64,000 bases of DNA from contig OZ245817.1 in assembly GCA_965228475.1 (NCBI GenBank), positions 3,904,001 to 3,968,000 of the forward strand. The letters run 5' to 3'. This DNA comes from Myxococcota bacterium (GTDB lineage Bacteria; Myxococcota_A; UBA9160; JAFDDA01). Below the pieces are notes generated by a model. That model worked only from the letters and a program-made list of their open reading frames with translations. It ran no database searches and had not been told where the DNA came from. Positions 15,491-25,721 of this stretch are shown here, one piece after another (position 1 is the first letter of the stretch; each line of letters starts with the position of its first letter). Both the position numbers and the translations under genes were made by a program.

Positions 15491-17374
15491 CTAGGCCGCC
15501 AGCCCGAGCCGGTCGAGCGTCTTCGGCTTCGGCACGCCGTGGGCGTCCCAGCCGCGTTTCTTGTAGTAGCGCGGCAGGAGCTCGCCGAGCGGGTGGCCCG
15601 AGGCGAGGCCGTCGAAGGTCGACTCGTTCAGGATGCGCGGCGGCAGCGTGTCGTACGCCCCGTCGACCCCCTCGCGCAGGTTGTAGAGCCGCTCGAGGTT
15701 GAAGATGCGCTCGCCGATCTCCTGGAGGTGCCCGCCCGAGAAGGTCGTCCCCGTGATGTAGGTGAGCCACTTCTCGAACCAGAGCATCGGCTTCCCCTTC
15801 ACCCCCATCGCCATGCGCATGAGCGGGCCGCTGTTCTCGAACAGCGTCGTCAGCACCTTGTAGGTGAAGGAGTTCGGGTTCATGTCGTGGATCTGCTTCG
15901 GGATCATCCCGTAGGTGGTGAAGATGCAGAGCACCATGCTGTTGATCGCGCAGGCGAGGTTCTGCTGCACGATCGGGATGTCCGCCTTGAGCTTCAGGCT
16001 CTGCGGGTTGATCGTGAGCGGCCCCGTCGATTCCATGTACATGCTCGCGCCCTGCACGTGGCAGCCGCCGCGGTTGGTCGTGGCGTACTCGACGCCCTGG
16101 GCGTAGGAGCCGCGCGGGTCGTAGGCCGAGAGCTCGAGCCCCTTCACGTGCATGGCGAAGTCGTGCCCGCCGTACTTCTGGCTCATGCGCCGCACGCCTT
16201 CGGCGAGGTCGTTGCCGATGCCGTCGCGGTGGCCGATCTGCTGGATGATCTCGGAGACGCCCTCGATCTTTCCGAACTCGAGCGGCACGTCGAGCATGCC
16301 GCGCTCGTGGAGCTCCATGGCGAAGCCGAGCGAGGCGCCGAGGCTGATCGTGTCCATGCCGAGGTCGTCGGCCAGGTAGTTCCACTCGTTCACCGCCTTC
16401 AGGTCGGTGACGTCGAGGTTCGAACCGAGCAGCGCCACGGTCTCGTACTCGGGCCCCTTCACGCGGCCCTTGCCCTCGATCTCGACGTCGCGCCCGCAGG
16501 TGACCGGGCAGTGGAGGCAGCTCGACTTCACGCCGACGAGCTCCGTGTCCTCCATGTGCTCGCCCGAGAGGTTCATGGCGTCCGGGTGACTGCCCTTCTG
16601 GAAGTTCCGCGTGGGCAGGATGTTCCGACCGTTCGTGGTGTTGACGATGCCCGCCGTGCCGAAGCGCTTCAGGCTCTCGCCCATCACCGGGTGCTCTTCG
16701 AAGAGCTTGCGCACTTCCTTCGTGTAGTCGCGGAAGGCCTGCTGGTCGTCCATCTCGAGCTTGCGCTTGCCGGCGACGCTCACGGCCTTGAGCTTCTTCG
16801 AGCCCATCACCGCGCCGACGCCCGTGCGCCCGGCGATGCGCTCGTTCGAGACGATGCCCGCGTAGAGCACCTCGTTCTCGCCGGCGGGGCCGATCACCGC
16901 GTGCTCGTGGCGCTTCGGCAGGAGCGTCTGGGTCTCGTAGGTGCCCTTGCCCCAGAGATCGCTCGCGTCGAGGAACTCGACGGCGTCTTCGTCGCCGTTG
17001 ATCTGGAGGCGCACCGGGCGCTCGGAGCGGCCCGTGATGAAGAGCACGTCGATGCCGGCGCGCTTCATGCCGTAGGCGAAGGAGCCGCCGCAGGCCGCGT
17101 TGCCGATCCCGCCCGTGAGCGGGCTCTTCGCCACCACGGCGAAGCGGTTCGACTGCGGGGCGACGGAGCCGTTCAGCGGGCCCGTCGCGAAGATCAGCGG
17201 ATTCTCCGGGCCGAGCGGGTCGACGCCGGCCTCGGTGCGGTCGTAGAGGAGCCGCGTCCCGTAGCCCTTGCCGCCGATGTACTGGCGGGCGATCTCTTCG
17301 TCGAGGGGCTTCCACTGGTGGGTGCGCTGGGTGAGGTCGACCTCGAGCACGCGCCCGGCATATCCCTTGATCAT
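15491..17374 (-). CDS. aor: Aldehyde:ferredoxin oxidoreductase (AOR family)
   Basis: GAVMGSKKLKAV, CLHCPVTC, GPEYET, DDLGMDTIS, YDPRG. Confidence 0.95.
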   Translation of the reverse strand: MIKGYAGRVLEVDLTQRTHQWKPLDEEIARQYIGGKGYGTRLLYDRTEAGVDPLGPENPLIFATGPLNGSVAPQSNRFAVVAKSPLTGGIGNAACGGSFAYGMKRAGIDVLFITGRSERPVRLQINGDEDAVEFLDASDLWGKGTYETQTLLPKRHEHAVIGPAGENEVLYAGIVSNERIAGRTGVGAVMGSKKLKAVSVAGKRKLEMDDQQAFRDYTKEVRKLFEEHPVMGESLKRFGTAGIVNTTNGRNILPTRNFQKGSHPDAMNLSGEHMEDTELVGVKSSCLHCPVTCGRDVEIEGKGRVKGPEYETVALLGSNLDVTDLKAVNEWNYLADDLGMDTISLGASLGFAMELHERGMLDVPLEFGKIEGVSEIIQQIGHRDGIGNDLAEGVRRMSQKYGGHDFAMHVKGLELSAYDPRGSYAQGVEYATTNRGGCHVQGASMYMESTGPLTINPQSLKLKADIPIVQQNLACAINSMVLCIFTTYGMIPKQIHDMNPNSFTYKVLTTLFENSGPLMRMAMGVKGKPMLWFEKWLTYITGTTFSGGHLQEIGERIFNLERLYNLREGVDGAYDTLPPRILNESTFDGLASGHPLGELLPRYYKKRGWDAHGVPKPKTLDRLGLAA

Positions 17375-17429
17375 CTCGGTCCTCCGCTGAAGCCTTCATT
17401 CTATCAGCCCCGGCGGTAGAATCCGGCGC

Positions 17430-18266
17430 GTGACGGAACCGAGCCAAGCGGAGATCGAGCCGGGGACCCTCCTCGCGCGCGTGGGCGAGGTGGCCCGCGA
17501 GAGCCTCGCGAGCGGCGCCCTCGACCCCCTCGCGACCGCGACCGTCCCCCTCGAGGAAGCCGGGATCCCGCTCACGGTCCGCGTCCTCGCCGGCATGGAG
17601 CGCAAGATCGCCCTCACCCGAAAGCAGCGGCGCACGGGCACCAACCCCTTCCTGCCCCCCGATCCCGAGCTCTACGTCGGCGGCTTCACCCCGACCCACG
17701 GCGTGCTGCTGAACAAGTACCCGGTGCTTGAGGATCACCTGCTGCTCGTGACGCGCGAGTACCGGCGGCAGGAATCCGCCCTCGACCGCGACGACCTCGC
17801 CGCCGCCCTGGCCGGGCTGCGGGAGTTCCCCTCCCTCGCCTTCTACAACGGCGGGCGCGCGGCCGGGTCGAGCCAGGGGCACAAGCACCTCCAGCTCGTC
17901 CCCCTGCCCGAAGGCGGGATGCCCCTCGCCGAGCGCTACCTCGAGCCGGGCCCGAGCCGGAGTCTCCCGTTCCAATCCGCGGCACGATACTTCGACGAAG
18001 ACGACCCCGAGTCCGCCCTCGCGGCGTACCGGGAGATGCTCGAACGGGCCGGCTGCGTGACCTCCGGCGACCCGCGGCCCTACAACCTCTTGATGACACG
18101 CCGCTGGATCGCCGTCGTGCCGCGCTCCCACGGCCTCTGGAACGGGATCCCCACCAACGGGCTCGGCTATGCCGGCATCCTCTTCGCCCTCGACGACCGG
18201 CAACTTTCACACATCCGCGACATCGGGCCGCTCGGGCTGCTCCAGAAAGCCGGCGTTCCCTGGTAG
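17430..18266 (+). CDS. ATP adenylyltransferase / Ap4A phosphorylase
   Basis: NPFLP, LLNKYPV, FYNGG.AAGSSQGHKHLQ. Confidence 0.92.
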   Translation: MTEPSQAEIEPGTLLARVGEVARESLASGALDPLATATVPLEEAGIPLTVRVLAGMERKIALTRKQRRTGTNPFLPPDPELYVGGFTPTHGVLLNKYPVLEDHLLLVTREYRRQESALDRDDLAAALAGLREFPSLAFYNGGRAAGSSQGHKHLQLVPLPEGGMPLAERYLEPGPSRSLPFQSAARYFDEDDPESALAAYREMLERAGCVTSGDPRPYNLLMTRRWIAVVPRSHGLWNGIPTNGLGYAGILFALDDRQLSHIRDIGPLGLLQKAGVPW

Positions 18267-18292
18267 ACTGCGGCCCGCGCCTGGAGGCCCCG

Positions 18293-19258
18293 ATGTCCGC
18301 ACCCCACTCCCTCCGCTGGGAGAGCCTGACGAAGCAGCAGTTCGACGCCATCGACCGCGAGCGCGCCGTCGTGCTGCTCTCCTGCTCGCCGATCGAAGTC
18401 CACGGCCCGCACCTGCCGATGGGCGCCGACGCCCTCGAAGCCGACGGCCTCTCGGAGCGCGTGCTGCGCTTCCTGCCCGAGCGCCACGCGGACCGCACCT
18501 TCCTGAAGCTGCCCTTCGTCTACGCGGCGACGGACTGCGTGCCCCAGCCGGGCTCGCTCTACTTCCAGCCGAAGACCACGATCACCGTGCTCACGGACCT
18601 CGGCCGCACGCTCGCGGCCCAGGGCTTCCGCCACGTCGTGGTCGGCAACTTCCACGGCGGGCCGCGCCACTTCCTCGCCATCGAGAAGGCCTGCCGTAAA
18701 GTCCAGCGCCGCTACGGCCTCGGCATGGTCTCGCTCTTCTCGCTGATGATCACGCGGCTCACGAAGGGCACGTCGAACCTCGACGACGTGCTCGGCGCCG
18801 TCGAAGGCGTGAACCGCGCGGATCTCGAGGGCGACACCCACGGCGGCCTCGTCGAGACCTCGCAGCTCCTCGCCCTCCACGGCGACTGGGTCGACCCGGA
18901 GTACAAGTCGCTCCCGCGCCAGACCGTCGACAGCTGGCTCGAAGAAAAGGGGCAGCCCAAGAAGGAGAAGCACCCGAAGGGCCTGCCGGCGATGATCCGC
19001 GCCTTCCGCGCGACCCAGGGCTTCTTCCTCGAGCGCAGCTACACGGGGACGCCGGCCGCCGCCTCGGCCGAGATCGGCGAGCGCTTCCTCGACGTGCTCG
19101 GCGAGCGCGCCGCGGAGGGCGTGACGGAGCTCCTCGACGGAACCATCGGGCCCGAGGACTGCCACTCCCCGATCTGGAAGATGCGCTTCCTCTTCCTGAA
19201 CCCGGTCATGACCCGCGCGATCAACCGGGTGATTGGATTCCGGAACCCGATCGCGTAG
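18293..19258 (+). CDS. Creatininase family protein
   Basis: EVHGPHLPMGAD, NFHGG, DTHGGLVETS. Confidence 0.9.
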   Translation: MSAPHSLRWESLTKQQFDAIDRERAVVLLSCSPIEVHGPHLPMGADALEADGLSERVLRFLPERHADRTFLKLPFVYAATDCVPQPGSLYFQPKTTITVLTDLGRTLAAQGFRHVVVGNFHGGPRHFLAIEKACRKVQRRYGLGMVSLFSLMITRLTKGTSNLDDVLGAVEGVNRADLEGDTHGGLVETSQLLALHGDWVDPEYKSLPRQTVDSWLEEKGQPKKEKHPKGLPAMIRAFRATQGFFLERSYTGTPAAASAEIGERFLDVLGERAAEGVTELLDGTIGPEDCHSPIWKMRFLFLNPVMTRAINRVIGFRNPIA

Positions 19259-22200
19259 CGATCGGAGGGGTCGCGGAGGCGCCGGCCACGGGCACCGGAT
19301 CGCTCCGGAAGAGCCCCTTGATGTCCTCGAGGATCACGTAGGCGCTCGGCACCAGGAAGAGTGAGATCACCGAGGCGAAGGCCACGCCGAAGGCGAGCGA
19401 CACCGCCATCGGGATCAGGAACTGCGCCGAGACGCTGCCCTCCTGCAGGAGCGGCGTCAGCCCGGCGAAGGTCGTGATCGAGGTCAGCACGATCGGCCGG
19501 AAGCGCTTCTCCCCGGCGATGCGCACGGCCTCGAGCAGCGGCTCGCCTTCGCTCCGACAGGTGTTGATGTAGTGCACGAGCACGAGGCTCGCGTTCACCA
19601 CCACGCCCGAGAGCGCCACCACGCCGAAGATCGACATCATCGAGAGGTTCTTCACCGCCTCCTTGTCGAAGCCCTGGCCGAGGATGATGTGGCCGAGGAT
19701 CGCGCCGACCAGCCCGAAGGGGATCGCGGCCATGATGATGAGCGGCTGGCCGTAGCTTCGCAGCGGGATCGCGAGCAAGGCGTAGATCAGGACCATCGCG
19801 AAGAGATAGGTCTGCGCGACGCCGCGGATCGTCTTCGTCTGCTCCCGCTGCTCGCCGCCGAGCTCGTAGCTCATGCCCGGGTAGTCCCGAAGCAGCATGG
19901 CGAGGTAGCCCGACTGGAGGCTCCGCATCACTTCGTTCGGCGTCGTCTGGGTGAGGTCGACGTCCGCCGTCACGGTCACCACGCGCTGGCGGTCGTTGCG
20001 CTTGATGCTCGCGAAGCCCCGGCCCCGGTCCGCCCGCGCGACGGCGTAGAAGGGCACCTCGCCGCCGTCGGGCGTGCGGATGCGCAGGTTTTCGAGGTCT
20101 TCGAGGGAGCGCCGCTGCGCCTCGGGGTAGCGGACCATGACCCGCACGTCGTCGCGGCCGCGCTGGATGCGCTGGGCCTCGGCGCCGTAGAAGGCCTGGC
20201 GCACCTGGCGCGCGAGGCTGTCGAGGGTGAGGCCGAGGGGCTCGGCACTCGGGAGCAGCGCGAGCTTGATCTCTTCCTTCCCCTCCTTGAAGGAGTCGGC
20301 GATGTCGAGCACGCCCGGGTACTCGGCGAGCTTCGCCTTCAGCCGGTCCGAGGCGACCACGAGCGCATTCACGTCCGCCGATTGCAGCCGGATGTCGATC
20401 GGGTTCCCGGCCGAGAAGAGGTCCGAGTCGAAGACGAGCTCTTCCATCCCGGGGATCGGCGGCGTGATTTCGCGCCAGCGCTGGGCCACCGCCTTCGACT
20501 TGATCTCGCGCTCGTCGCCGCTCAGGAGTTCGATGCTCACCTCGCCCACGTGCGAGGCACCGCCGGCCGCGGCGGCGAGGCTCGGCGGCCCACCCGCGCC
20601 GGCGGTCTGCCCCCCGGCCACGGCGTAGACGTGCTGGACCAGGGAGACGCCGTACTCCTCCTCGAGATCGCGCTTCAGGACCTGCGCCGCCTCCTCGATG
20701 GATTCGATCGCCCGCGCGGTCTCCTCGACCGGGGTCCCGAAGGGCATCAGCAGCCGGGCCGTCACGTAGTCCGACTCGACCGCGGGGAAGAAGTTGAACT
20801 TGAGCCAGCCCGTCCCCATCAAGACGACGGAGAGCATGAGGATCACCACGCCCGTGGCGAGCGTGGCGTAGCGCCAGTGGAGCACGCGGCGAAGCGCCGG
20901 GCGGTAGACCTCGCTCGCCAGGCGTTCGAGGCTTCCTCCGAAGAAGAGCTGGACGCGCTTGAAGCCGGCCGAGATGCCGTTCTTCTTCTTCGCCGCGCCG
21001 TCCTCCTCCTGCGGCCCGTCGTCCTTCATGTGCCCGAGGTGGGCGGGCAGGATGAGCTGGGATTCGACGAGCGAGAAGATCAGGCAGAAGACCACGACGA
21101 GGCCGATCGCACGGAAGACCTGGCCCATCGGCCCGGGCGCGAGGATCAGCGGCATGAAGGCCGCGACGGTCGTTAGCACGCCGAAGATCACCGGCGTCGC
21201 GACCTCCTGGGCGCCGCGAATCGCCGAGGGCAGCATGCCCTCCCCTTTTTCCTGGTGCCGGTGGACGTTCTCCCCGACCACGATCGCGTCGTCGACGAGC
21301 AGGCCCAATACGAGGATGAACGCGAAGGCCGAGATCACGTCGATCGAGAGGCCCGTGGGCACGAACAGGGCCAGCGCCCCGAGGAACGCGATCGGCACGC
21401 CGATCGCCACCCAGAACGCGAGGCGCAGGCGCAGGAAGAGCGCGAGCATCACGAACACGAGCACGAAGCCCGCGCGGCCGTTGCGCACGAGGATGTCGAG
21501 GCGGTCGCGCAGCACCTGGGCGCCGTCGCGCCACACCGTGAGGTGCAGGCCTTCGGGGAAGAGCGTGTCGCTCTCGGTCACCCAACTCTTCACGCGCTCG
21601 ACGAGGTCGAGGACCTTCTGATCGCCGACGCGGAACACCTGGACCATCACGGCCGGCTCGCCGTCGAAGCGCGCCCACTGGCGGTCCTCGTTGAAGCCGT
21701 CGACGACGGTCGCGATCTCGCCGAGCAGGAGGCGCGTGCCGTCGGCGCGGGTCAGGACGACGATGCGCTCGAACTCGTCGCCGGTGTAGGCCTGCCCCTT
21801 GGTGCGCAGCAGGATCTCGCCGGACGCGGTCTTGATCGAGCCGCCGGGCCGGTCGAGGGAGCCCTGCCGCACGGCGCGCACGACGTCGTCGAAGGTGATG
21901 CCGTGGCGCCGCAGCGAAGCCTCGGGCACCTCGATCGAGATCTCGTAGGGCCGCACCGAGGTCAGCTCGACCTGCGTGACGTCGGGCAGCGCGGAGATGG
22001 AATCGCGCGCGCGCTCGCCGAAGGTCTTGAGATAGCGCTCGCCGACGTCGCCGTGGATGGCGATCTGGAGCGCGTTCCGCCGGACGGTGAAGTGGCTGAC
22101 GATCGGCTTCTCGGTCTCGTCCGGGAAGGTCGTGATCCCGTCGACGGCGTTCTTGATCTCCGAGAGCGCGCGGTCGACCGAGTAGCCCGTGATCAGCTCG

Positions 22201-22481
22201 GCCGAGACGCCGCAGTTGCCCTCGGCCGCGGTGGAGGTGATCTCCTCGATCCCCTCGATGCCCTCGATCTCTTCCTCGATCCGGACGCAGACGCCCTCTT
22301 CCACTTCTTCGGGCGTCGCGCCGAGGAAGGCCACGCCGATCGAGATCACCTCGACGTTGATGTCCGGGAAGCTCTTCTGGTTGATGCGCGAGAGCGAAGC
22401 GAACCCGCCGACCACGAGGAGCGCCATCAGCAGGTTCGCCGCGACGGAGTTCTCGGCGAACCAGGCGATGATGCGGCTCAC
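19221..22481 (-). CDS. RND efflux transporter permease (AcrB/AcrD/AcrF family)
   Basis: GLLVDDAIVVGEN, RFRPIVLTSITT; GTG start overlaps MFP stop. Confidence 0.95.
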   Translation of the reverse strand: MSRIIAWFAENSVAANLLMALLVVGGFASLSRINQKSFPDINVEVISIGVAFLGATPEEVEEGVCVRIEEEIEGIEGIEEITSTAAEGNCGVSAELITGYSVDRALSEIKNAVDGITTFPDETEKPIVSHFTVRRNALQIAIHGDVGERYLKTFGERARDSISALPDVTQVELTSVRPYEISIEVPEASLRRHGITFDDVVRAVRQGSLDRPGGSIKTASGEILLRTKGQAYTGDEFERIVVLTRADGTRLLLGEIATVVDGFNEDRQWARFDGEPAVMVQVFRVGDQKVLDLVERVKSWVTESDTLFPEGLHLTVWRDGAQVLRDRLDILVRNGRAGFVLVFVMLALFLRLRLAFWVAIGVPIAFLGALALFVPTGLSIDVISAFAFILVLGLLVDDAIVVGENVHRHQEKGEGMLPSAIRGAQEVATPVIFGVLTTVAAFMPLILAPGPMGQVFRAIGLVVVFCLIFSLVESQLILPAHLGHMKDDGPQEEDGAAKKKNGISAGFKRVQLFFGGSLERLASEVYRPALRRVLHWRYATLATGVVILMLSVVLMGTGWLKFNFFPAVESDYVTARLLMPFGTPVEETARAIESIEEAAQVLKRDLEEEYGVSLVQHVYAVAGGQTAGAGGPPSLAAAAGGASHVGEVSIELLSGDEREIKSKAVAQRWREITPPIPGMEELVFDSDLFSAGNPIDIRLQSADVNALVVASDRLKAKLAEYPGVLDIADSFKEGKEEIKLALLPSAEPLGLTLDSLARQVRQAFYGAEAQRIQRGRDDVRVMVRYPEAQRRSLEDLENLRIRTPDGGEVPFYAVARADRGRGFASIKRNDRQRVVTVTADVDLTQTTPNEVMRSLQSGYLAMLLRDYPGMSYELGGEQREQTKTIRGVAQTYLFAMVLIYALLAIPLRSYGQPLIIMAAIPFGLVGAILGHIILGQGFDKEAVKNLSMMSIFGVVALSGVVVNASLVLVHYINTCRSEGEPLLEAVRIAGEKRFRPIVLTSITTFAGLTPLLQEGSVSAQFLIPMAVSLAFGVAFASVISLFLVPSAYVILEDIKGLFRSDPVPVAGASATPPIATRSGSGIQSPG

Positions 22482-23752
22482 GAGCGCGGCCTCTGGGCCT
22501 CGTCCGGCAGGTCTCCCTCGGCCAGGGGAGCCTCGCCGGATGCGTCGCTTTCGCCGTCTTCGGCGAGGTTGGCGGGGTCTTCGCCCGCGACACGAACCGC
22601 CATGCCGTCGACGACGGCGGGCAGCGCCGACACCGAGACGCGTTCCCCGGCCTCGAGCCCGCTCCCGACGAGCACGTGATCCCGCTCGCGGCGCAGCACC
22701 TCGACGGGCCGCAGGCGCAGGCGTGCCTCCCCGTCGACCAGGTGCACGTACTCGGCGCCGTCTTCGCTGGCGTGGATGGCCTCGCGCGGAAGCCGGATCG
22801 CGGAGTCGATGCGGCGCCCGTCGATCTCCGCCTCGACGAAGAGGCCGACGGCCAGCGGCACGCGCTCCGGGTCGGAATCGTTCTTGCCGTAGGGGTCGTC
22901 GACGCGGGCGACGACGTGGACCATCCGACTCTTGGGATCGATCTCGCCCTCGGTGCGGACGATGTGCCCTTCCCACGTGCGCGGACGTCCGGCGAACTCG
23001 GCGCTCAGCCGGACGGCGGGGCCTTCGCCGCCGAGCTCCTTGCCGGCGTAGCCGAGCGGCAGGTCGAGCCAGCGCAGCTCGCGGTCCGGCAGCGGGAGCC
23101 GCACCTCCGCCTGGTCGACGGCGTAGAGGCGCGCGATCGGGTTGCCTCGGTTCACGAACTGGCCGACGTCGACCTGCTTGCTGCGGACCCTTCCCTGGAA
23201 GGGCGCGCGGAGCTCCGTCCGCGCGTAGTCGCGCTGGGCGCGGGAGAGGCGCGCCTTGGCTTCGCGCAGCCCGGCCTCGGCGACCCGGAACGCGTTGCGC
23301 GCGTCGTCGATGCGCGCCTTCGAGGTCACGCCCTGCTCGAGGAGTTTCTGCTGGCGCGCGAGGTCCGTCTCGGCGCGCTCGAACTCGCTCTCGGCGCGCG
23401 CCACGGCGGCGCGTGCGCTCTGGAGCTCGACGCCGGCGTCGGCGCGGTCGATGCGCACGAGCGGCTCGCCCGCATCGAAGAACCCCCCGGAGACGAGGTT
23501 CGGCGAGATCCACACGACCTCCCCCGCGATCTGGGGAACGAGGTCGCTCTCGGTGCGCGGCACGACGGTGCCCTGGGTCGAGACGGTGACGTGCACGGGC
23601 TGGGGGTCGGCCGCGATGACGCGCACCACGGGCGCCACCGGCTCGGCCGGACGGGCTTCCACCGTCGGGCGCATCTGGATCAACGTCCACGCGGCGAAGA
23701 AGCCAACGGCGAGGATCACGACGGGCACGACGAACCGGGCAGTTCGCTTCAT
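22478..23752 (-). CDS. RND efflux periplasmic adaptor (MFP)
   Basis: N-terminal TM, biotinyl-like segments, RAPFQGRV. Confidence 0.93.
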   Translation of the reverse strand: MKRTARFVVPVVILAVGFFAAWTLIQMRPTVEARPAEPVAPVVRVIAADPQPVHVTVSTQGTVVPRTESDLVPQIAGEVVWISPNLVSGGFFDAGEPLVRIDRADAGVELQSARAAVARAESEFERAETDLARQQKLLEQGVTSKARIDDARNAFRVAEAGLREAKARLSRAQRDYARTELRAPFQGRVRSKQVDVGQFVNRGNPIARLYAVDQAEVRLPLPDRELRWLDLPLGYAGKELGGEGPAVRLSAEFAGRPRTWEGHIVRTEGEIDPKSRMVHVVARVDDPYGKNDSDPERVPLAVGLFVEAEIDGRRIDSAIRLPREAIHASEDGAEYVHLVDGEARLRLRPVEVLRRERDHVLVGSGLEAGERVSVSALPAVVDGMAVRVAGEDPANLAEDGESDASGEAPLAEGDLPDEAQRPRS

Positions 23753-24438
23753 GGCGTTTCACTCTCTTCCAGGGCGCGCAAACCCGCCGCAACGAACCGG
23801 ATCATCGCGTCGAGCACTTCTTCGTCCGTCCTGCCGGCGGTCTCCGGAAGATGCCCGGTCGAGGGGGCATCTTCGAGCTGGCCGCTCGCCACGTGGACCA
23901 TCACGCCGACGGCAAACTGGAGGCCGAGGGCGATCGACTCCATCGAGCGGCCCGGAAGGGTCCGGGCCACCGCCCGGGAAAAGCGCTCGAGCGTGGGGCC
24001 GAAGATCTCTCGCTTCAGCTCGACGACGACGGGCGGCGGGTCCGAGAACAGCCGCGCCGCCACGCGACGGAAGGTCGCGCCCCCGTCCGCGTGGGAGGCC
24101 CGGTGCTCGAAGATCGGCCGGAGGAAGACGTCGAGGAGGCGCTCGAGGGAAGGCGGCGTGCCCTCCCGCTCGAGGGCGTCGAGGCGCTCGAAGCGGGCGT
24201 TGGCGACCGGCTCGATCCGGCGCCGGACCGTCTCGCGCAGGAGCTCGTGCTTCGAGCCGAAGTGGTAGTTCGCCGCGGAGACGCTCGTTCCGGCCTGCTG
24301 GGTCACCGCCCGCATCGAGGTGCCCTCGAAGCCGTGCTGCGCGAACAGGTGCTCGGCGGCGTCGAGCAGGCGCTCGCGAGTCCGGTCCGGGTCGCGGCGC
24401 TGGTCGGGGCGGGTCTCGAGGGGCTCGGCCTGGGACAT
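23749..24438 (-). CDS. TetR family regulator (PsrA-like)
   Basis: LLDAAEHLFAQHGF...NYHFGSK HTH. Confidence 0.92.
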   Translation of the reverse strand: MSQAEPLETRPDQRRDPDRTRERLLDAAEHLFAQHGFEGTSMRAVTQQAGTSVSAANYHFGSKHELLRETVRRRIEPVANARFERLDALEREGTPPSLERLLDVFLRPIFEHRASHADGGATFRRVAARLFSDPPPVVVELKREIFGPTLERFSRAVARTLPGRSMESIALGLQFAVGVMVHVASGQLEDAPSTGHLPETAGRTDEEVLDAMIRFVAAGLRALEESETP

Positions 24439-24447
24439 CCTGAGGTC

Positions 24448-24475
24448 TCCGAACGATCGTTCGGAACGTACGTTC
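24448..24475. promoter_or_regulatory. Tandem palindromic operator upstream of the TetR-RND operon
   Basis: Perfect 18-bp palindrome tccgaacgatcgttcgga followed by gaacgtacgttc. Confidence 0.75.
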
Positions 24476-24539
24476 GACTGGGGCCCTTGGCAACTGGCCA
24501 GGCGAAAGACCTTCGGTTTCAATGTGTTACAAAAGGGCC

Positions 24540-24788
24540 ATGCTGGAGATCGCCTTCGTGGGGGTGCTCGCCGCCCTGGTCGGCTGCTTCGTCGGCCTGC
24601 GCCGGACCCAGGAACGCCGAACGGCCACCCTGTTCGTCGCCGCGCCCTTCTTCGTGCTCTCGGCCTACGAGATGGTGGTCGCGCGGGTGATGCCCGACGC
24701 GAACATCCGCCTCGACTGGTTCGTTCTCTTCCCCTGCGTGCTCGGCCTCGTGGCCCTGCTCGCCTACCGCTGGCGAGGGCTCGAATAG
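24540..24788 (+). CDS. Small membrane protein
   Basis: Three hydrophobic segments, NIRLD motif. Confidence 0.7.
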   Translation: MLEIAFVGVLAALVGCFVGLRRTQERRTATLFVAAPFFVLSAYEMVVARVMPDANIRLDWFVLFPCVLGLVALLAYRWRGLE

Positions 24789-24790
24789 CC

Positions 24791-25564
24791 ATGCGCATCG
24801 CGACCTGGAACATCAACGGCATCCGCGCGCGGATCGATTTCATGCTGCGCTGGCTCGAGGCGCGGCAGCCGGACGTGGTCGGCCTGCAGGAGCTGAAGAT
24901 CACGGACGAAGCGTTCCCCCACGACGTCTTCGCCGAAGCGGGCTACCGGGCGCTCGTCCACGGGCAGAAGAGCTGGAACGGCGTGGCGGTGCTCCTGAAG
25001 GAAGGCGTCGAAGGAGAAGTGGAGCAGGTCGGGCTGGCGGGCCAGGAAGAGTTCGGCGCGCGGCTGATCGGCGCGCGCATCGGGGACCTCTCCTTCACCA
25101 CCGTCTACTGCCCGAACGGCAAGACCGTCGAGCACGCGGACTACCCCCGGAAGCTCGACTGGTTTTCAGCCCTGGCCGAGTACGTCGAGGGCCAGAGCCA
25201 CGACGCCGCGGTCCTGTGCGGCGACTTCAACATCGTGCCCGCCGCCATCGACAGCTGGAACGAGAAGCGCTTCGCCGGCCAGATCTTCCACACCGACGAG
25301 GAGCGCAAGCGGCTCGCGCGGCTCTTCGACGCGGGCCTCGTCGATCTGTTCCGCGCCCTCCACCCGGACGAGGCGGCCTTCTCCTGGTGGGACTACCGGG
25401 GCGGCGCCTTCCACCGCAAGCAGGGTCTGCGGATCGACTTCCTGCTCGGCACGCGCGCCGTCGTCGACCGGCTCGAGAGCGTCACGATCGACCGCGACTG
25501 GCGGAAGAAGGTCGACGGGCTCACGGCGAGCGACCACGCGCCGGTCGTCGCCGAACTCCGCTGA
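24791..25564 (+). CDS. xth: Exodeoxyribonuclease III
   Basis: MRIATWNING, LQELK, GDFN, SWWDYR, RID, SDHAPV. Confidence 0.96.
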   Translation: MRIATWNINGIRARIDFMLRWLEARQPDVVGLQELKITDEAFPHDVFAEAGYRALVHGQKSWNGVAVLLKEGVEGEVEQVGLAGQEEFGARLIGARIGDLSFTTVYCPNGKTVEHADYPRKLDWFSALAEYVEGQSHDAAVLCGDFNIVPAAIDSWNEKRFAGQIFHTDEERKRLARLFDAGLVDLFRALHPDEAAFSWWDYRGGAFHRKQGLRIDFLLGTRAVVDRLESVTIDRDWRKKVDGLTASDHAPVVAELR

Positions 25565-25673
25565 CACGCCAGCCTCCCGAGTGACCCATTCCGGATCGGG
25601 GCGAACCCCCGAGGCCCGCGGCCGGGTTTCCCCCGAGCCGGGCATCGCATCCGCTTGAAATCCCGAAGGTTCT

Positions 25674-25701
25674 TCAAGTCGGGGGGACCGAGGGTCGATC
25701 C
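25674..25701 (+). promoter_or_regulatory. Putative sigma-28-type promoter
   Basis: TCAAG-N15-GTCGATCC upstream of the GGDEF/EAL gene. Confidence 0.4.
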
Positions 25702-25721
25702 CTCGAATTGGGCCGTGTGTC

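Noticed and set aside
19221..19258. 38-bp convergent overlap of creatininase and RND genes
   Set aside because: Short 3' overlaps are common in compact high-GC genomes.
15225..23792. Very long ORF-track entries (15225-18203, 19039-22593, 5' extension of 19221-23792)
   Set aside because: Arg/Pro/Gly-rich shadow frames typical of high-GC DNA; only the MoaD and RND portions have protein motifs.
24451..24475. GAAC-N4-GTTC as a Gram-positive-type LexA box
   Set aside because: Position directly before a TetR gene favours an autoregulatory operator, and the host appears diderm; not fully excluded.
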